A stretch of 32,000 nucleotides of DNA from Candidatus Saccharimonadota bacterium (GTDB taxonomy: Bacteria > Patescibacteriota > Saccharimonadia > Saccharimonadales > Saccharimonadaceae), in the NCBI GenBank assembly GCA_002421785.1, contig DIRZ01000003.1, positions 400,700-432,699 on the forward strand, in the 5' to 3' direction. The notes beneath the pieces are model-generated. The model had not been told where the DNA came from. It saw nothing but the letters and a program-made list of their open reading frames with translations, and did no database searches. Positions 17,119 to 26,019 of this stretch are shown piece after piece. The translations under genes and the position numbers were made by a program. Position 1 is the stretch's first letter, and each line of letters starts with the position of its first letter.

Positions 17119-17145
17119 CTAGCACTCAAGCAATACGAGTGCTAG
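17119..17145. promoter_or_regulatory. CIRCE operator upstream of hrcA-grpE
   Basis: CTAGCACTC-N9-GAGTGCTAG (the outermost base of each arm differs from consensus). The right arm contains the stop codon (17142..17144) of the upstream gene. Confidence 0.8.
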
Positions 17146-17861
17146 TTCTCGTAGCGTTCACGAATTTCATTCAAAATATCACGTGCCACAAGGCGTTTCT
17201 CGTCGTCCTTGCGGTAAAACTTGTCGTTACTCCCCACAATTTGCAAGCAGGCATCAACTGCTTCACTCAGTGAATCATTGATCACAAAGTGGTAATACGG
17301 TTTTTCGAGCGCGGCTTCGAGTTCGTGAATTGCGCTGGTGCGTCGATTGGGCCAATCAGCGTGGAACTCCTCAATGCTCGGATAGCGTTTTTGGACCCGG
17401 CGCTGCCACTCATCATAGTTGGGCGGCAATAGGAATATTGCCACGACGTTGTCTGACAAGCTTTTATATTTATCGACGCCTTCCACAGTAACGTCAGCAA
17501 TCGCAATCTTGCCAATGTCATGGGCGCGGCGTACTTCGCTAACCGTCACGCCATAAATTCGGTTATGAACCATGCTGACTTCCACGTATTCACCAGCGTC
17601 TATCGCTGCCAGTGCTTGGTCCTCAGTCAAAAAATGATAGTCCACGCCGTCTTGCTCAGGAACGCCGTTGTTTGACCGTGGCTGCCGCGTCACGCTTGTT
17701 ACGAGATCGTGATAATTGCCCGTCTTTACCATTTCGTTCAGAACGCTGTTTTTACCTGCGCCTGTTATGCCTACGAGTAACGCGACTTTTGTGTCCCGAA
17801 GTAGCTGAACGCCCTCTTGGTTCGGTGTTGCTGATTCGACTTTTGAGGCTAATGATTCCAT
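17142..17861 (-). CDS. Guanylate-kinase-family P-loop protein
   Basis: P-loop GITGAGKNS, then TSVTRQPRSNNGVPEQDGVDYHFL (like TTRxxRxGExxGxxYxF). The start is taken at MESLASK (17861), which has a TATACT 12 nt upstream. The track ORF extends to 17903. Confidence 0.6.
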   Translation of the reverse strand: MESLASKVESATPNQEGVQLLRDTKVALLVGITGAGKNSVLNEMVKTGNYHDLVTSVTRQPRSNNGVPEQDGVDYHFLTEDQALAAIDAGEYVEVSMVHNRIYGVTVSEVRRAHDIGKIAIADVTVEGVDKYKSLSDNVVAIFLLPPNYDEWQRRVQKRYPSIEEFHADWPNRRTSAIHELEAALEKPYYHFVINDSLSEAVDACLQIVGSNDKFYRKDDEKRLVARDILNEIRERYEN

Positions 17862-17930
17862 AGTTATCCTTTCAGTATAATCGTAAAACCCATATATAAC
17901 CACCCATCTATAAGGTATGACGGCTAGTGC

Positions 17931-19709
17931 TTAGTCTCGCTTGAGCATTACCGTAAAGGCTTCTGATGGTATATCAACCTTACCAAAGCGTTTCATGCGC
18001 TTTTTACCACGCGCTTGCTTAGCAAGCAGTTTCTTTTTACGACTCACGTCGCCACCGTATAGATAACCCGTCACATCTTTACGGTACGCACCAATGTCTT
18101 CACGGGCAATAAACTTCCCACCGATAGCAGCCTGCAAGCTTACTTCAAAACTCTGGCGCGGCACGACTTCTTTGAGTTTTTTGGTAATCATGCGGCCGAG
18201 TGCCATACTTTCGCTACGGTGGCACATGATGCTCAGCGCATCAACCATCTCCCCACCAACATAAAAGTCTACGCGCACCAAGTCTTCGGCACGGTATTCG
18301 TCTAGCTCGTAGTTGAAACTACCATACCCGCTGGTGACACTTTTGAGCTGGTCGTAAAAATCCGTCAGCAAGTTAGCGAGCGGGGCTTCGAAACTAATCA
18401 GCGCGCGCTCATCGATATAACTTAGGTTATTCTGCAGCCCGCGTTTTGCGATAATCAACTGAATCACCGCGCCAATATAGTCCTGCGGCACCACGATTTC
18501 ACCCTTAATCCATGGCTCCCTGATCTCTTTAATTTTCGTCACCAGCGGCAAATCACTGGCACTTTTAATGTCCAGCTCCTCGCCGTCATTCATGCTAATC
18601 TGATAGTCCGTGCTAGGGTTGGTAACGACCAAATCCAGATTGTATTCTCGCTCCAACCGCTCGCGAACAATATCCATGTGCAGTAGGCCCAAAAATCCGA
18701 TGCGGACCCCAAACCCAAGTACTGGTGAGTTCTCTGGCTCAAACTGCAACGCGCTGTCGCTCAGGCTGAGTTTTTCGACTGCATCTTTGAGATCGTTATA
18801 GTCTTCGTTGCTTACAGGGAAAAAGCCAGCGTATACAAATGGCTGCACGTTTTGATAACCAGGGAGTGGTTGGTCGCTATGGCTGCGGCGAACCGTCACC
18901 GTGTCGCCCACTTTGGCATCGCGAGTCGTTTTGAGGTTGGTGACAATGTAGCCGATTTCACCTGGCTCAATGCTCGGCTCTTCTTTCATAGCAGGGCTCA
19001 ACGCTCCCACTTCGAGTGCGATTCCATGCGCACCCGTTGCGAGCATTTCAATCGTATCGCCCTTTTTAATGGCACCATCCACAACGCGGGTGTATAAAAT
19101 CACGCCACGATAATCGTCATAGTAACTGTCAAAAATCAGTGCCCGTGTTGGCTGATTTGCATCGCCCTGCGGGGTAGTCACGCGCTCCACAATCGCATCC
19201 AATACTTCCGTCACGCCTTCGCCAGTCTTCGCGCTAATTTTTAAGATGTCATCTTCGCTACATCCCAGCAGATTAATAATTTCCGCGCTCACTCGTGGAA
19301 CGTCCGCCGCGGGTAAATCGATTTTGTTAAGTACGGGGATAATTGTCAGGTCAGCCGCGAGCGCTAAGTACACGTTGGCGAGTGTCTGGGCCTGAATCCC
19401 CTGACTGGCGTCAACTACGAGCACTGCGCCCTCGCAGGCTTCTAAGCTACGGCTTACCTCGTAACTAAAGTCCACGTGGCCGGGCGTATCAATTAAGTTC
19501 AGGTCAATTCCCTTGTAGTGCATGCGGACAGGCGCTAGTTTAATCGTGATGCCTTTTTCGCGTTCCAGGTCCATACTGTCGAGCAACTGACTTTTCATGT
19601 CACGTTTTTCAACGGTGTGTGTTAGCTCCATCATACGATCAGCAAGCGTCGACTTGCCGTGATCGATATGCGCGATGATGCAAAAATTACGGATATTACT
19701 CTGACTCAT
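17931..19709 (-). CDS. lepA: Elongation factor 4 (LepA)
   Basis: IRNFCIIAHIDHGKSTLADR and DTPGHVDF, 592 aa with an LepA-type C-terminus. SD GAGGAG lies inside the murJ 3' end. Confidence 0.97.
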   Translation of the reverse strand: MSQSNIRNFCIIAHIDHGKSTLADRMMELTHTVEKRDMKSQLLDSMDLEREKGITIKLAPVRMHYKGIDLNLIDTPGHVDFSYEVSRSLEACEGAVLVVDASQGIQAQTLANVYLALAADLTIIPVLNKIDLPAADVPRVSAEIINLLGCSEDDILKISAKTGEGVTEVLDAIVERVTTPQGDANQPTRALIFDSYYDDYRGVILYTRVVDGAIKKGDTIEMLATGAHGIALEVGALSPAMKEEPSIEPGEIGYIVTNLKTTRDAKVGDTVTVRRSHSDQPLPGYQNVQPFVYAGFFPVSNEDYNDLKDAVEKLSLSDSALQFEPENSPVLGFGVRIGFLGLLHMDIVRERLEREYNLDLVVTNPSTDYQISMNDGEELDIKSASDLPLVTKIKEIREPWIKGEIVVPQDYIGAVIQLIIAKRGLQNNLSYIDERALISFEAPLANLLTDFYDQLKSVTSGYGSFNYELDEYRAEDLVRVDFYVGGEMVDALSIMCHRSESMALGRMITKKLKEVVPRQSFEVSLQAAIGGKFIAREDIGAYRKDVTGYLYGGDVSRKKKLLAKQARGKKRMKRFGKVDIPSEAFTVMLKRD

Positions 19710-19712
19710 ACG

Positions 19713-21341
19713 TTATCTCCTCGAAAATAAAATTGCTTTCATTCGCGCGAGAATAGGCTTCGGCTCACTCAAATGGAAGAGTGTCGAAACCCATATATAC
19801 ACCGCAAAACTAACAAGCGTGATAATACCAAACTTTGGGAAGGTTGAAAGAAAACTCATGTCATCGCTTTGGAGCTGGAACAGTTGAACTGTAATGTACG
19901 TCGCCAGCCCCATGATGCCACTCGCTCCAACCATCCGCATGACCGCATGCAGAAAAATCGTATTAAACAGTTTTGGAATTCGCGCCGAAAGAATCACGAA
20001 CAAAATTGCAACTTCTACCACTGCCACGATTGACTGCGCCCACGCCAGTCCATACACGCCCCAGCCAAATGCGCTCGTAAAGACGACTGCCAGCAAAATA
20101 TTAAGCCCGATTGAAAAAATAGAAATATATAGCGGCGTCTTAGTGTCTTGCTTGGCATAAAATACCCGAGCAGCAATGTGATAAATCGTGCGGAACAATA
20201 TCGAAATCACCAGAGCACCCAGTAGCCCTGCAATCAGCGCGTTACCACCGTTTTTAATAAATGTCACGATGAAACCACGGGTAAAGAACGTAATGGTTGC
20301 AATCGGCAGTGCCAGCCAAATAATCCACCGTAGAATCGTCCGTAGCTCGCGGCGGAACAGGTCATCTTCACCATCGCTCAGGCGCTGCGTCATACGAGGA
20401 AACGCGGCGTTACTAATTGCGACACCGATCAAGCTCACGGGCATCAACGACAGCGACGACGCCTGTTGATAGGCACGGATCGTTCCGTCTGCCATGTGCG
20501 AAGCAATGTTGGTTTCCACCAGCCCGTTAAAGTAATCGATACCCTGGTCCAACGAACGAGCGGGGAGGAGCCTGAGCACCTGACGGAAGCCTTTATTCTT
20601 CCAGCTAATGCGCATCTGGTAATCAAAGCCGAGCCCTAATAGCCCAATCGAACTAACGACAAGCTGCATCATGGAACCAAGCACCACACCGAGAGCAACG
20701 CCCATTATACCGCCTTCGAATATCTTCCATCCAAACAGTTCGATACCGTTGGTGAAGAACTGCGCGCCAATAATGATTCCGATGTTGTAAATCGTGGGCG
20801 CAAGTGCGTAGAACGTGAAGCGACCCACCGCCTGCTGCATGCTCGCGATAACCGTAGCAACTGCAAACAAGAACGGGTTGACGGCAATGATGCGCATCAT
20901 GCTGATGGCCAGCGCCCTACCTGATTCGTCGAGCCCCGGCCCAACTACATAGCGTACCAGCGGGTCGGCGAATATGATAATGAGTACACTTGCGATGAGC
21001 GTGACGAGCGCCATAAAGTTCACCATGCTTGAGCTAAGCTCCCATGCAGATTTACGGTTTCCCTTCGCCAATCGCTTGTTGAATACTGGGATGAACGTTA
21101 CGCTCAGCGCGCCCGATACCAAAATGAAGAACATGAAATCAGGAATAGTGAAGGCAACCGTGTATGCGTCGATACCGACCGGGTAACTATCGAGGTATAA
21201 ACTGTTCAGCAAGCGGTCACGGTAAATGCCCAGTAGCGAAGCAATCAGGGTCGAGCCGGACAGCAAAATTGCCGCCCACTGGACGGACAATTTGCTGTTA
21301 GCGAGCGCTACAACCGATCGAACTCGACTCTGTGTTGCCAT
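19713..21341 (-). CDS. murJ: Lipid II flippase MurJ (MviN family)
   Basis: 542-aa polytopic protein (about 14 TM). The N-terminal pattern SGSTLIASLLGIYRDRLL...FTIPDFMFFILVSGALSVTFIPVF is typical of MurJ. Confidence 0.88.
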   Translation of the reverse strand: MATQSRVRSVVALANSKLSVQWAAILLSGSTLIASLLGIYRDRLLNSLYLDSYPVGIDAYTVAFTIPDFMFFILVSGALSVTFIPVFNKRLAKGNRKSAWELSSSMVNFMALVTLIASVLIIIFADPLVRYVVGPGLDESGRALAISMMRIIAVNPFLFAVATVIASMQQAVGRFTFYALAPTIYNIGIIIGAQFFTNGIELFGWKIFEGGIMGVALGVVLGSMMQLVVSSIGLLGLGFDYQMRISWKNKGFRQVLRLLPARSLDQGIDYFNGLVETNIASHMADGTIRAYQQASSLSLMPVSLIGVAISNAAFPRMTQRLSDGEDDLFRRELRTILRWIIWLALPIATITFFTRGFIVTFIKNGGNALIAGLLGALVISILFRTIYHIAARVFYAKQDTKTPLYISIFSIGLNILLAVVFTSAFGWGVYGLAWAQSIVAVVEVAILFVILSARIPKLFNTIFLHAVMRMVGASGIMGLATYITVQLFQLQSDDMSFLSTFPKFGIITLVSFAVYIWVSTLFHLSEPKPILARMKAILFSRR

Positions 21342-21355
21342 AGTTGGTGCCGCTT

Positions 21356-23212
21356 CTAGTGAAGCATCGCCTCCGCTGGAAGCTTCGCGCTTTCCATAAC
21401 TTTATGTGCTTGATCTTCTTCGAGTGTTTCTTCCTTCAGGAGTGCGTCCTTGAGCCGTTCGAGCACATCGCGGTTAGCAGTCAGAACCGCTTCGGCGCGC
21501 TTACCGGCTTCTTTAATGAGCGCTTCGACTTCCCCGTCAATTTGCTGTGCCGTTGCATCGCTGTACGGACGCTCATGAGTCATGCGGTCAAAGACCATTC
21601 CGCCGTTGTCTTCGTGGAATACTTGGTCACGAAGTTCGGTCCCCATACCTTGCTCGATAATCATATCGCGCGCGATTTCAGTTGCTTTGCGAAGGTCGCT
21701 TCCTGCGCCGGTCGTGATGCCATCAGCACCGTAAATGATTTTTTCAGCAATGCGGCCACCCATCGCGCGAGCGAGGATATCTTTGAACTCATACACGTTG
21801 GTGTAGCTTTTGTCTTCTGGTGGCAAGAACCACGTCACGCCGCCAGTTCCACCGCGGGGAATAATGGTTACCTTGTGAACAGGATCGCTATCCGGGAGCA
21901 CGTGCCCCACGATTGCGTGACCGGCTTCATGATACGCAGTCATCTCCTTTTCTTGCTCACTCATCACTTTGGTCTTACGCTCAGGACCAATGGCAACCTT
22001 TTCAAAGGCCTCAGTCAGGTCTTTGTTGGTAATGCGCTTCGCATTGCGACGCGCAGCGATGATGGCGGCTTCGTTGGCAATATTTGCCAGGTCAGCCCCA
22101 GAACTTCCCGCGGTCTTCGCAGCGAGCTTATCCAAATTGACCGTGTCATCGGTCGGCTTGTTCTTGAAGTGCACTTTCAAAATTGCTTCACGGTCTTTGC
22201 GCTCAGGAAGCGTAATGTTAGTTCGGCGGTCAAAGCGACCGGGACGTAGCAGCGCTGGGTCAAGCACGTCGGCGCGGTTTGTCGCCGCCAGAACGATTAC
22301 GTTTGTGCCCGTTTCGAATCCATCCATTTCCACCAGAATCTGGTTCAGTGTCTGCTCACGCTCGTCGTGGCCACCGCCCATGCCGCTACCACGCTTTCGT
22401 CCAACCGCGTCAATCTCATCAATAAAGATGATGGCAGGAGCGTTCTTTTTGGCTTTGGCGAACAAATCACGCACACGACTTGCACCGACACCAACAAACA
22501 TTTCTACAAACTCTGAACCGGAAATGCTGAAGAAGGGAACATTCGCTTCACCGGCAACCGCGCGCGCCAGCATGGTCTTACCTGTACCAGGGTTACCAAC
22601 AAGCAACACGCCCTTTGGAATTTTAGCGCCCAGTGTTTCGTACTTTTTAGGATGCTTCAGGAAGTCAACGACTTCTTCAAGGTCTTGCTTGGCGCTATCG
22701 TTACCCGCGATATCGGTGAACGTCACGCGCTCTTTGTCGAGCCCATACAACTTCGCCTTACTCTTACCAAAGCCCATGGCCTGGTTATTCTGGCCTTGCG
22801 CCTGGCGCATCATAAACATGAAAAACGCGGCAATCAGGACAACTGGAATAATAATTGAAGCTATGTTCCAAATTGCGCTTCCCGTTTCAGAAGCAGCCGT
22901 ATCAATTACCTGGGTTTTTGTGGTATCGATTTTGTTGTCTTTAATCAGGGTACCCACGCCGCCAGCAATATAGGATTTTTGGGTGGCCTTTTCTTGGCCT
23001 TTTGGCGTGATTTGCAGCTCATTACCAGAACCCTGAATCTTCGTTATCTTGCCTTCGTTTGATTGCTGAATTACTTCGCTAATCGGCACGTCTTTTAGCT
23101 GCTCTTGCGGCAACGTAATAGCTAGCACTGCGAGTGTCGAAACAACGAGGATTGCCCAGAAAAGCCCGAGCCGCAGCGAGTTACTAATGTTGCCTTTTGG
23201 TAGTTTCACCAT
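21356..23212 (-). CDS. ftsH: ATP-dependent zinc metalloprotease FtsH
   Basis: Two N-terminal TM segments, Walker A GNPGTGKT, Walker [13 protein letters not shown] region and HEAGHA zinc motif. SD AGGAAGGA lies upstream. Confidence 0.98.
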   Translation of the reverse strand: MVKLPKGNISNSLRLGLFWAILVVSTLAVLAITLPQEQLKDVPISEVIQQSNEGKITKIQGSGNELQITPKGQEKATQKSYIAGGVGTLIKDNKIDTTKTQVIDTAASETGSAIWNIASIIIPVVLIAAFFMFMMRQAQGQNNQAMGFGKSKAKLYGLDKERVTFTDIAGNDSAKQDLEEVVDFLKHPKKYETLGAKIPKGVLLVGNPGTGKTMLARAVAGEANVPFFSISGSEFVEMFVGVGASRVRDLFAKAKKNAPAIIFIDEIDAVGRKRGSGMGGGHDEREQTLNQILVEMDGFETGTNVIVLAATNRADVLDPALLRPGRFDRRTNITLPERKDREAILKVHFKNKPTDDTVNLDKLAAKTAGSSGADLANIANEAAIIAARRNAKRITNKDLTEAFEKVAIGPERKTKVMSEQEKEMTAYHEAGHAIVGHVLPDSDPVHKVTIIPRGGTGGVTWFLPPEDKSYTNVYEFKDILARAMGGRIAEKIIYGADGITTGAGSDLRKATEIARDMIIEQGMGTELRDQVFHEDNGGMVFDRMTHERPYSDATAQQIDGEVEALIKEAGKRAEAVLTANRDVLERLKDALLKEETLEEDQAHKVMESAKLPAEAMLH

Positions 23213-23268
23213 GAATGTTTATCCTTCCTGTCTATATAGTCAGTCTTATCGCAAAATTACTCTAGTAA

Positions 23269-24108
23269 TTATACTACGACTACCGTGAATTTTCGAGCCG
23301 TGAAATGAAGTTCGATACCTGAGCCAACTTGAAATGATGTTCCCGGCTTGGCGGTTTTTACCGCATGGAGGGCGCGCACCAGCTGTGGCCGAGTCGGGCG
23401 TGCCACTCCCGCTTGCTCAACCATATACCCGAGCAGCTCCAGTGCAGTCCCATCATCAATCTGCGTCAGGAAGTGGCGCGAGCCTATGTGCGCCGCCAAC
23501 ACATGCGCAGATTCGCGCGCAATATCACGCCGCAACTGCAACTGCCGTGCCCGTAGTGCCATCACCTGCTCTGCCGCGCTCGCGGCCAGCAGGGAAGTCA
23601 GCTTGCGCCGAAGTCGGTTACGGTGGTATGCATCGCTCTGGTTCGTGCTATCTTCTACCCACTCTAGCCGCTCCCTATTTGCATAATCCCGAAGCTGGGA
23701 TTTTGTAAAAGAGAGTAGGGGACGATGGATTTCTTCCCTGCCCAACACCGCCAGGCCGCGCCAGCCAGTGCCTCGGGAAATATTAATAGCCACCGTCTCT
23801 ACTGCGTCGCCGGTATGATGCGCTGTCGCAATCGTGGCACCATATTTCGCTGCTTGCTCAGTCAAAAATCCGTATCGCGCTTCCCTAGCCCGTTCCTCAC
23901 TTGCCCCCGCCCCCAGCTCAAACCGAGTTGTCACAAAGGGCAGCCGGTAGCGCTTCGCCAATGCTGCCACAAACCGCGCGTCGGCCGCGCTATCTTCCCG
24001 AATACCATGGTCGACATGCGCCACGACCAACTGGTGGTCGCTTTTGCTCAGCATATCGAGCAGCACCACGCTATCCACCCCGCCACTCACCGCTACGAGG
24101 TACTTCAT
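23269..24108 (-). CDS. tilS: tRNA(Ile)-lysidine synthase TilS (short, 279 aa)
   Basis: PP-loop VAVSGGVDSVVLLDML; HVDHGIR; AHHTGDAVETV. Confidence 0.9.
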   Translation of the reverse strand: MKYLVAVSGGVDSVVLLDMLSKSDHQLVVAHVDHGIREDSAADARFVAALAKRYRLPFVTTRFELGAGASEERAREARYGFLTEQAAKYGATIATAHHTGDAVETVAINISRGTGWRGLAVLGREEIHRPLLSFTKSQLRDYANRERLEWVEDSTNQSDAYHRNRLRRKLTSLLAASAAEQVMALRARQLQLRRDIARESAHVLAAHIGSRHFLTQIDDGTALELLGYMVEQAGVARPTRPQLVRALHAVKTAKPGTSFQVGSGIELHFTARKFTVVVV

Positions 24109-24282
24109 TTAGCTCAGTCGCTTACTTACCTTGACGCCTGCCCAAATGCCCAGAGCGCCGCCAACAAGTCCGCCCAAGATTGCCCAACCACTCATCAAAT
24201 CGTGGTCACCAACCATCCATGGCAGCAGGCCGCCAAGCGTCATTCCGATACTCATAAAAATCATAATGACTGTTTTATTCAT
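24109..24282 (-). CDS. Small glycine-zipper membrane protein (57 aa)
   Basis: MNKTVIMIFMSIGMTLGGLLPWMVGDHDLMSGWAILGGLVGGALGIWAGVKVSKRLS. The stop abuts the tilS ATG. A TATACT (24294..24289) lies 6 nt upstream of this ATG. The track's longer ORF (to 24324) would overlap the polymerase gene. Confidence 0.55.
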   Translation of the reverse strand: MNKTVIMIFMSIGMTLGGLLPWMVGDHDLMSGWAILGGLVGGALGIWAGVKVSKRLS

Positions 24283-24301
24283 GTTTTTAGTATAGCGCAC
24301 C

Positions 24302-25579
24302 CTAGAGGTACCGAGTACTGCCAAACGGAATCTTCTGCTTCACATACACGCCCGTTCCCAAGGTGTCGGCACTATGAATCGTCCGATTGCCGTAGCGCTG
24401 GTTAATCTCATCAAGCGCCGTCGTCACCTGCTGCTCACGAACCAGCTCATTACCAAACAGCGAAAGCTGATTACCCATATCATCAGTCAAATGGTAGCAG
24501 TGAACCCCAATCTCACGAATACCACCCGGGGGTACATGAGCAAACAACCGACGCGCGATTGCCCAAATGGCCGCATCGCTATAAAAGGGCAGGGGAGCCA
24601 GATATTTTTCGTGCCAATAATTCCCCTTGCGTCCCCATCGCCCATTACTTGCACTTCCCTCGGCGTCACCGTACAGGCGAACGTAGATGCCGACGCCTCG
24701 AGCGCACTTTTGCTGCGAACGCAGCTTACTACCCACCGATTCCACCAAATGGTGCAGGCGCTGCGATACCTGCGCTCGGGTCAGCTGACGGCTCTCCAGC
24801 ACATACTGTCGCCCACAGGTTTTCAAGTCATATACCACATCGTCGACTTCCCAACCCCGCAGCCGCTGGTGCCACTGGTCACCACAGATGCTTTTGAATA
24901 CTACGGTGCGAAGGGAATACGCGTCCGCATCCAGGAACTGTAGCGGCGTCATGATACCTACCTGCGTAAGGCGATGTTCGTTGCGGCTCGCGATACCCGT
25001 CAGGTCTTGCAGCTTAAGCCGGCCCAGTACCTCGCGTAAATTAGTGTGGTCAATCACATTGAGTCCGTCTGGTTTGTTCAAGCCTGCTGCGGTTTTTGCC
25101 AAAAATCGATTTGGTGCGATGCCAATGTTGCAGCGCATGGCACAACCAATTTCGGTGCGCAGCCGATGCTTAATCTCCTGTGCCACTTCTACCATGTCCC
25201 GGTCACGAATCGCCGCCGAACTTTGGGCAAAATCAATCACTCCTTCGTCGATGCTTTTCATCGTGAAACTAGGGGAGTAGTCCCGCATAATCTCCATGAG
25301 CTTGTGGTACACATAGCGGTATTTTGGCGGATCGCTTTCCAGCCCCACTAGCTGCGGACACAGCCGCTTCGCTTCCTTAAAGCTCATCCCTAGCCTTACG
25401 CCCATCGCCTTGGCTTCATAACTACACGTAATAATCATGGTATGTTCAGTGCGCCGATTTAAAATCGCCACCGGCCGGTCGCGCAGCATGGGCCGGGCCT
25501 GCTGCTCTACTGTTGCAAAGCAGCTATTCAGGTCAATGTGCATCACCAGTGGGCGAGTGGGGTTGTAGTCTTCCCTCAT
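24302..25579 (-). CDS. Y-family DNA polymerase (DinB/UmuC-type translesion polymerase)
   Basis: MHIDLNSCFATVEQ (catalytic Asp motif), SIDEG (catalytic D-E); at 425 aa its length is UmuC-like. Confidence 0.9.
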   Translation of the reverse strand: MREDYNPTRPLVMHIDLNSCFATVEQQARPMLRDRPVAILNRRTEHTMIITCSYEAKAMGVRLGMSFKEAKRLCPQLVGLESDPPKYRYVYHKLMEIMRDYSPSFTMKSIDEGVIDFAQSSAAIRDRDMVEVAQEIKHRLRTEIGCAMRCNIGIAPNRFLAKTAAGLNKPDGLNVIDHTNLREVLGRLKLQDLTGIASRNEHRLTQVGIMTPLQFLDADAYSLRTVVFKSICGDQWHQRLRGWEVDDVVYDLKTCGRQYVLESRQLTRAQVSQRLHHLVESVGSKLRSQQKCARGVGIYVRLYGDAEGSASNGRWGRKGNYWHEKYLAPLPFYSDAAIWAIARRLFAHVPPGGIREIGVHCYHLTDDMGNQLSLFGNELVREQQVTTALDEINQRYGNRTIHSADTLGTGVYVKQKIPFGSTRYL

Positions 25580-25839
25580 ACCCTATCCGCCTCGAGCGTC
25601 AGCAACCAGGTGAGTCGCTCGCTATCAAATTCCAACCGGTAGTCCGCCCCGCCATCTGTCACATCAAACATGTGGACCATGCGTCGGCCAGCAGTAGTAG
25701 GGTGGCACAGCCCAATTTCGGTAATGTCGACTTCCCTGCCGCTGGCGCGCCTAAATTTCACTGGTTTACACGGGTTCAGCCCCTCGCTAAACACCGCGAC
25801 TACTTCAACCCGTTCGTTTAAAAAAAGTTCATCATTCAT
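25576..25839 (-). CDS. Small protein of unknown function (87 aa), translationally coupled to the Y-family polymerase
   Basis: MNDELFLNERVEVVAVFSEGLNPCKPVKFRRASGREVDITEIGLCHPTTAGRRMVHMFDVTDGGADYRLEFDSERLTWLLTLEADRV. Its stop overlaps the polymerase start (ATGA at 25576..25579). The track ORF uses an upstream TTG (25917); the ATG at 25839 is preferred. Confidence 0.6.
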   Translation of the reverse strand: MNDELFLNERVEVVAVFSEGLNPCKPVKFRRASGREVDITEIGLCHPTTAGRRMVHMFDVTDGGADYRLEFDSERLTWLLTLEADRV

Positions 25840-26019
25840 TTCAAAATATCCCCAACTAAGTATTAGAGAAACGGTTGATTGAAATGTGTTGCCCGTCCCC
25901 TTGCCCGTTTCTAGCAATTCGTCCGTAAAACAACTGATGATCCACTAGCGAGGGACGCTTGCTCGCGAGGCGAGTAGTGAGTATCACTGGGAGTTATGTA
26001 TAGTATATACCAATGCGCG

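Noticed and set aside
17862-17903. 5' extension of the guanylate-kinase-like ORF (MVIYGFYDYTERIT)
   Set aside because: The extension contains the TATACT box. The internal ATG at 17861 fits the local promoter-to-start spacing better. Not proven.
21344-22973. Long plus-strand ORFs (301 aa at 21344..22249 and 334 aa at 21969..22973) antisense to ftsH
   Set aside because: They lie entirely inside the unambiguous ftsH gene. Their translations are low-complexity (Ser/Arg/Ala/Pro-rich) with no motifs and no promoter or SD. These are typical shadow ORFs in roughly 50% GC coding DNA.
24283-24324. 5' extension of the small membrane ORF overlapping the polymerase 3' end
   Set aside because: A -10 box sits at 24294..24289 inside the extension, and the hydrophobic protein begins naturally at MNKTV.
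25840-25917. TTG-initiated 5' extension of the small ORF upstream of the polymerase
   Set aside because: The TTG start has no SD, and the extension (MLETGKGTGNTFQSTVSLILSWGYFE) overlaps an inverted repeat. The ATG at 25839 is preferred, with moderate confidence only.
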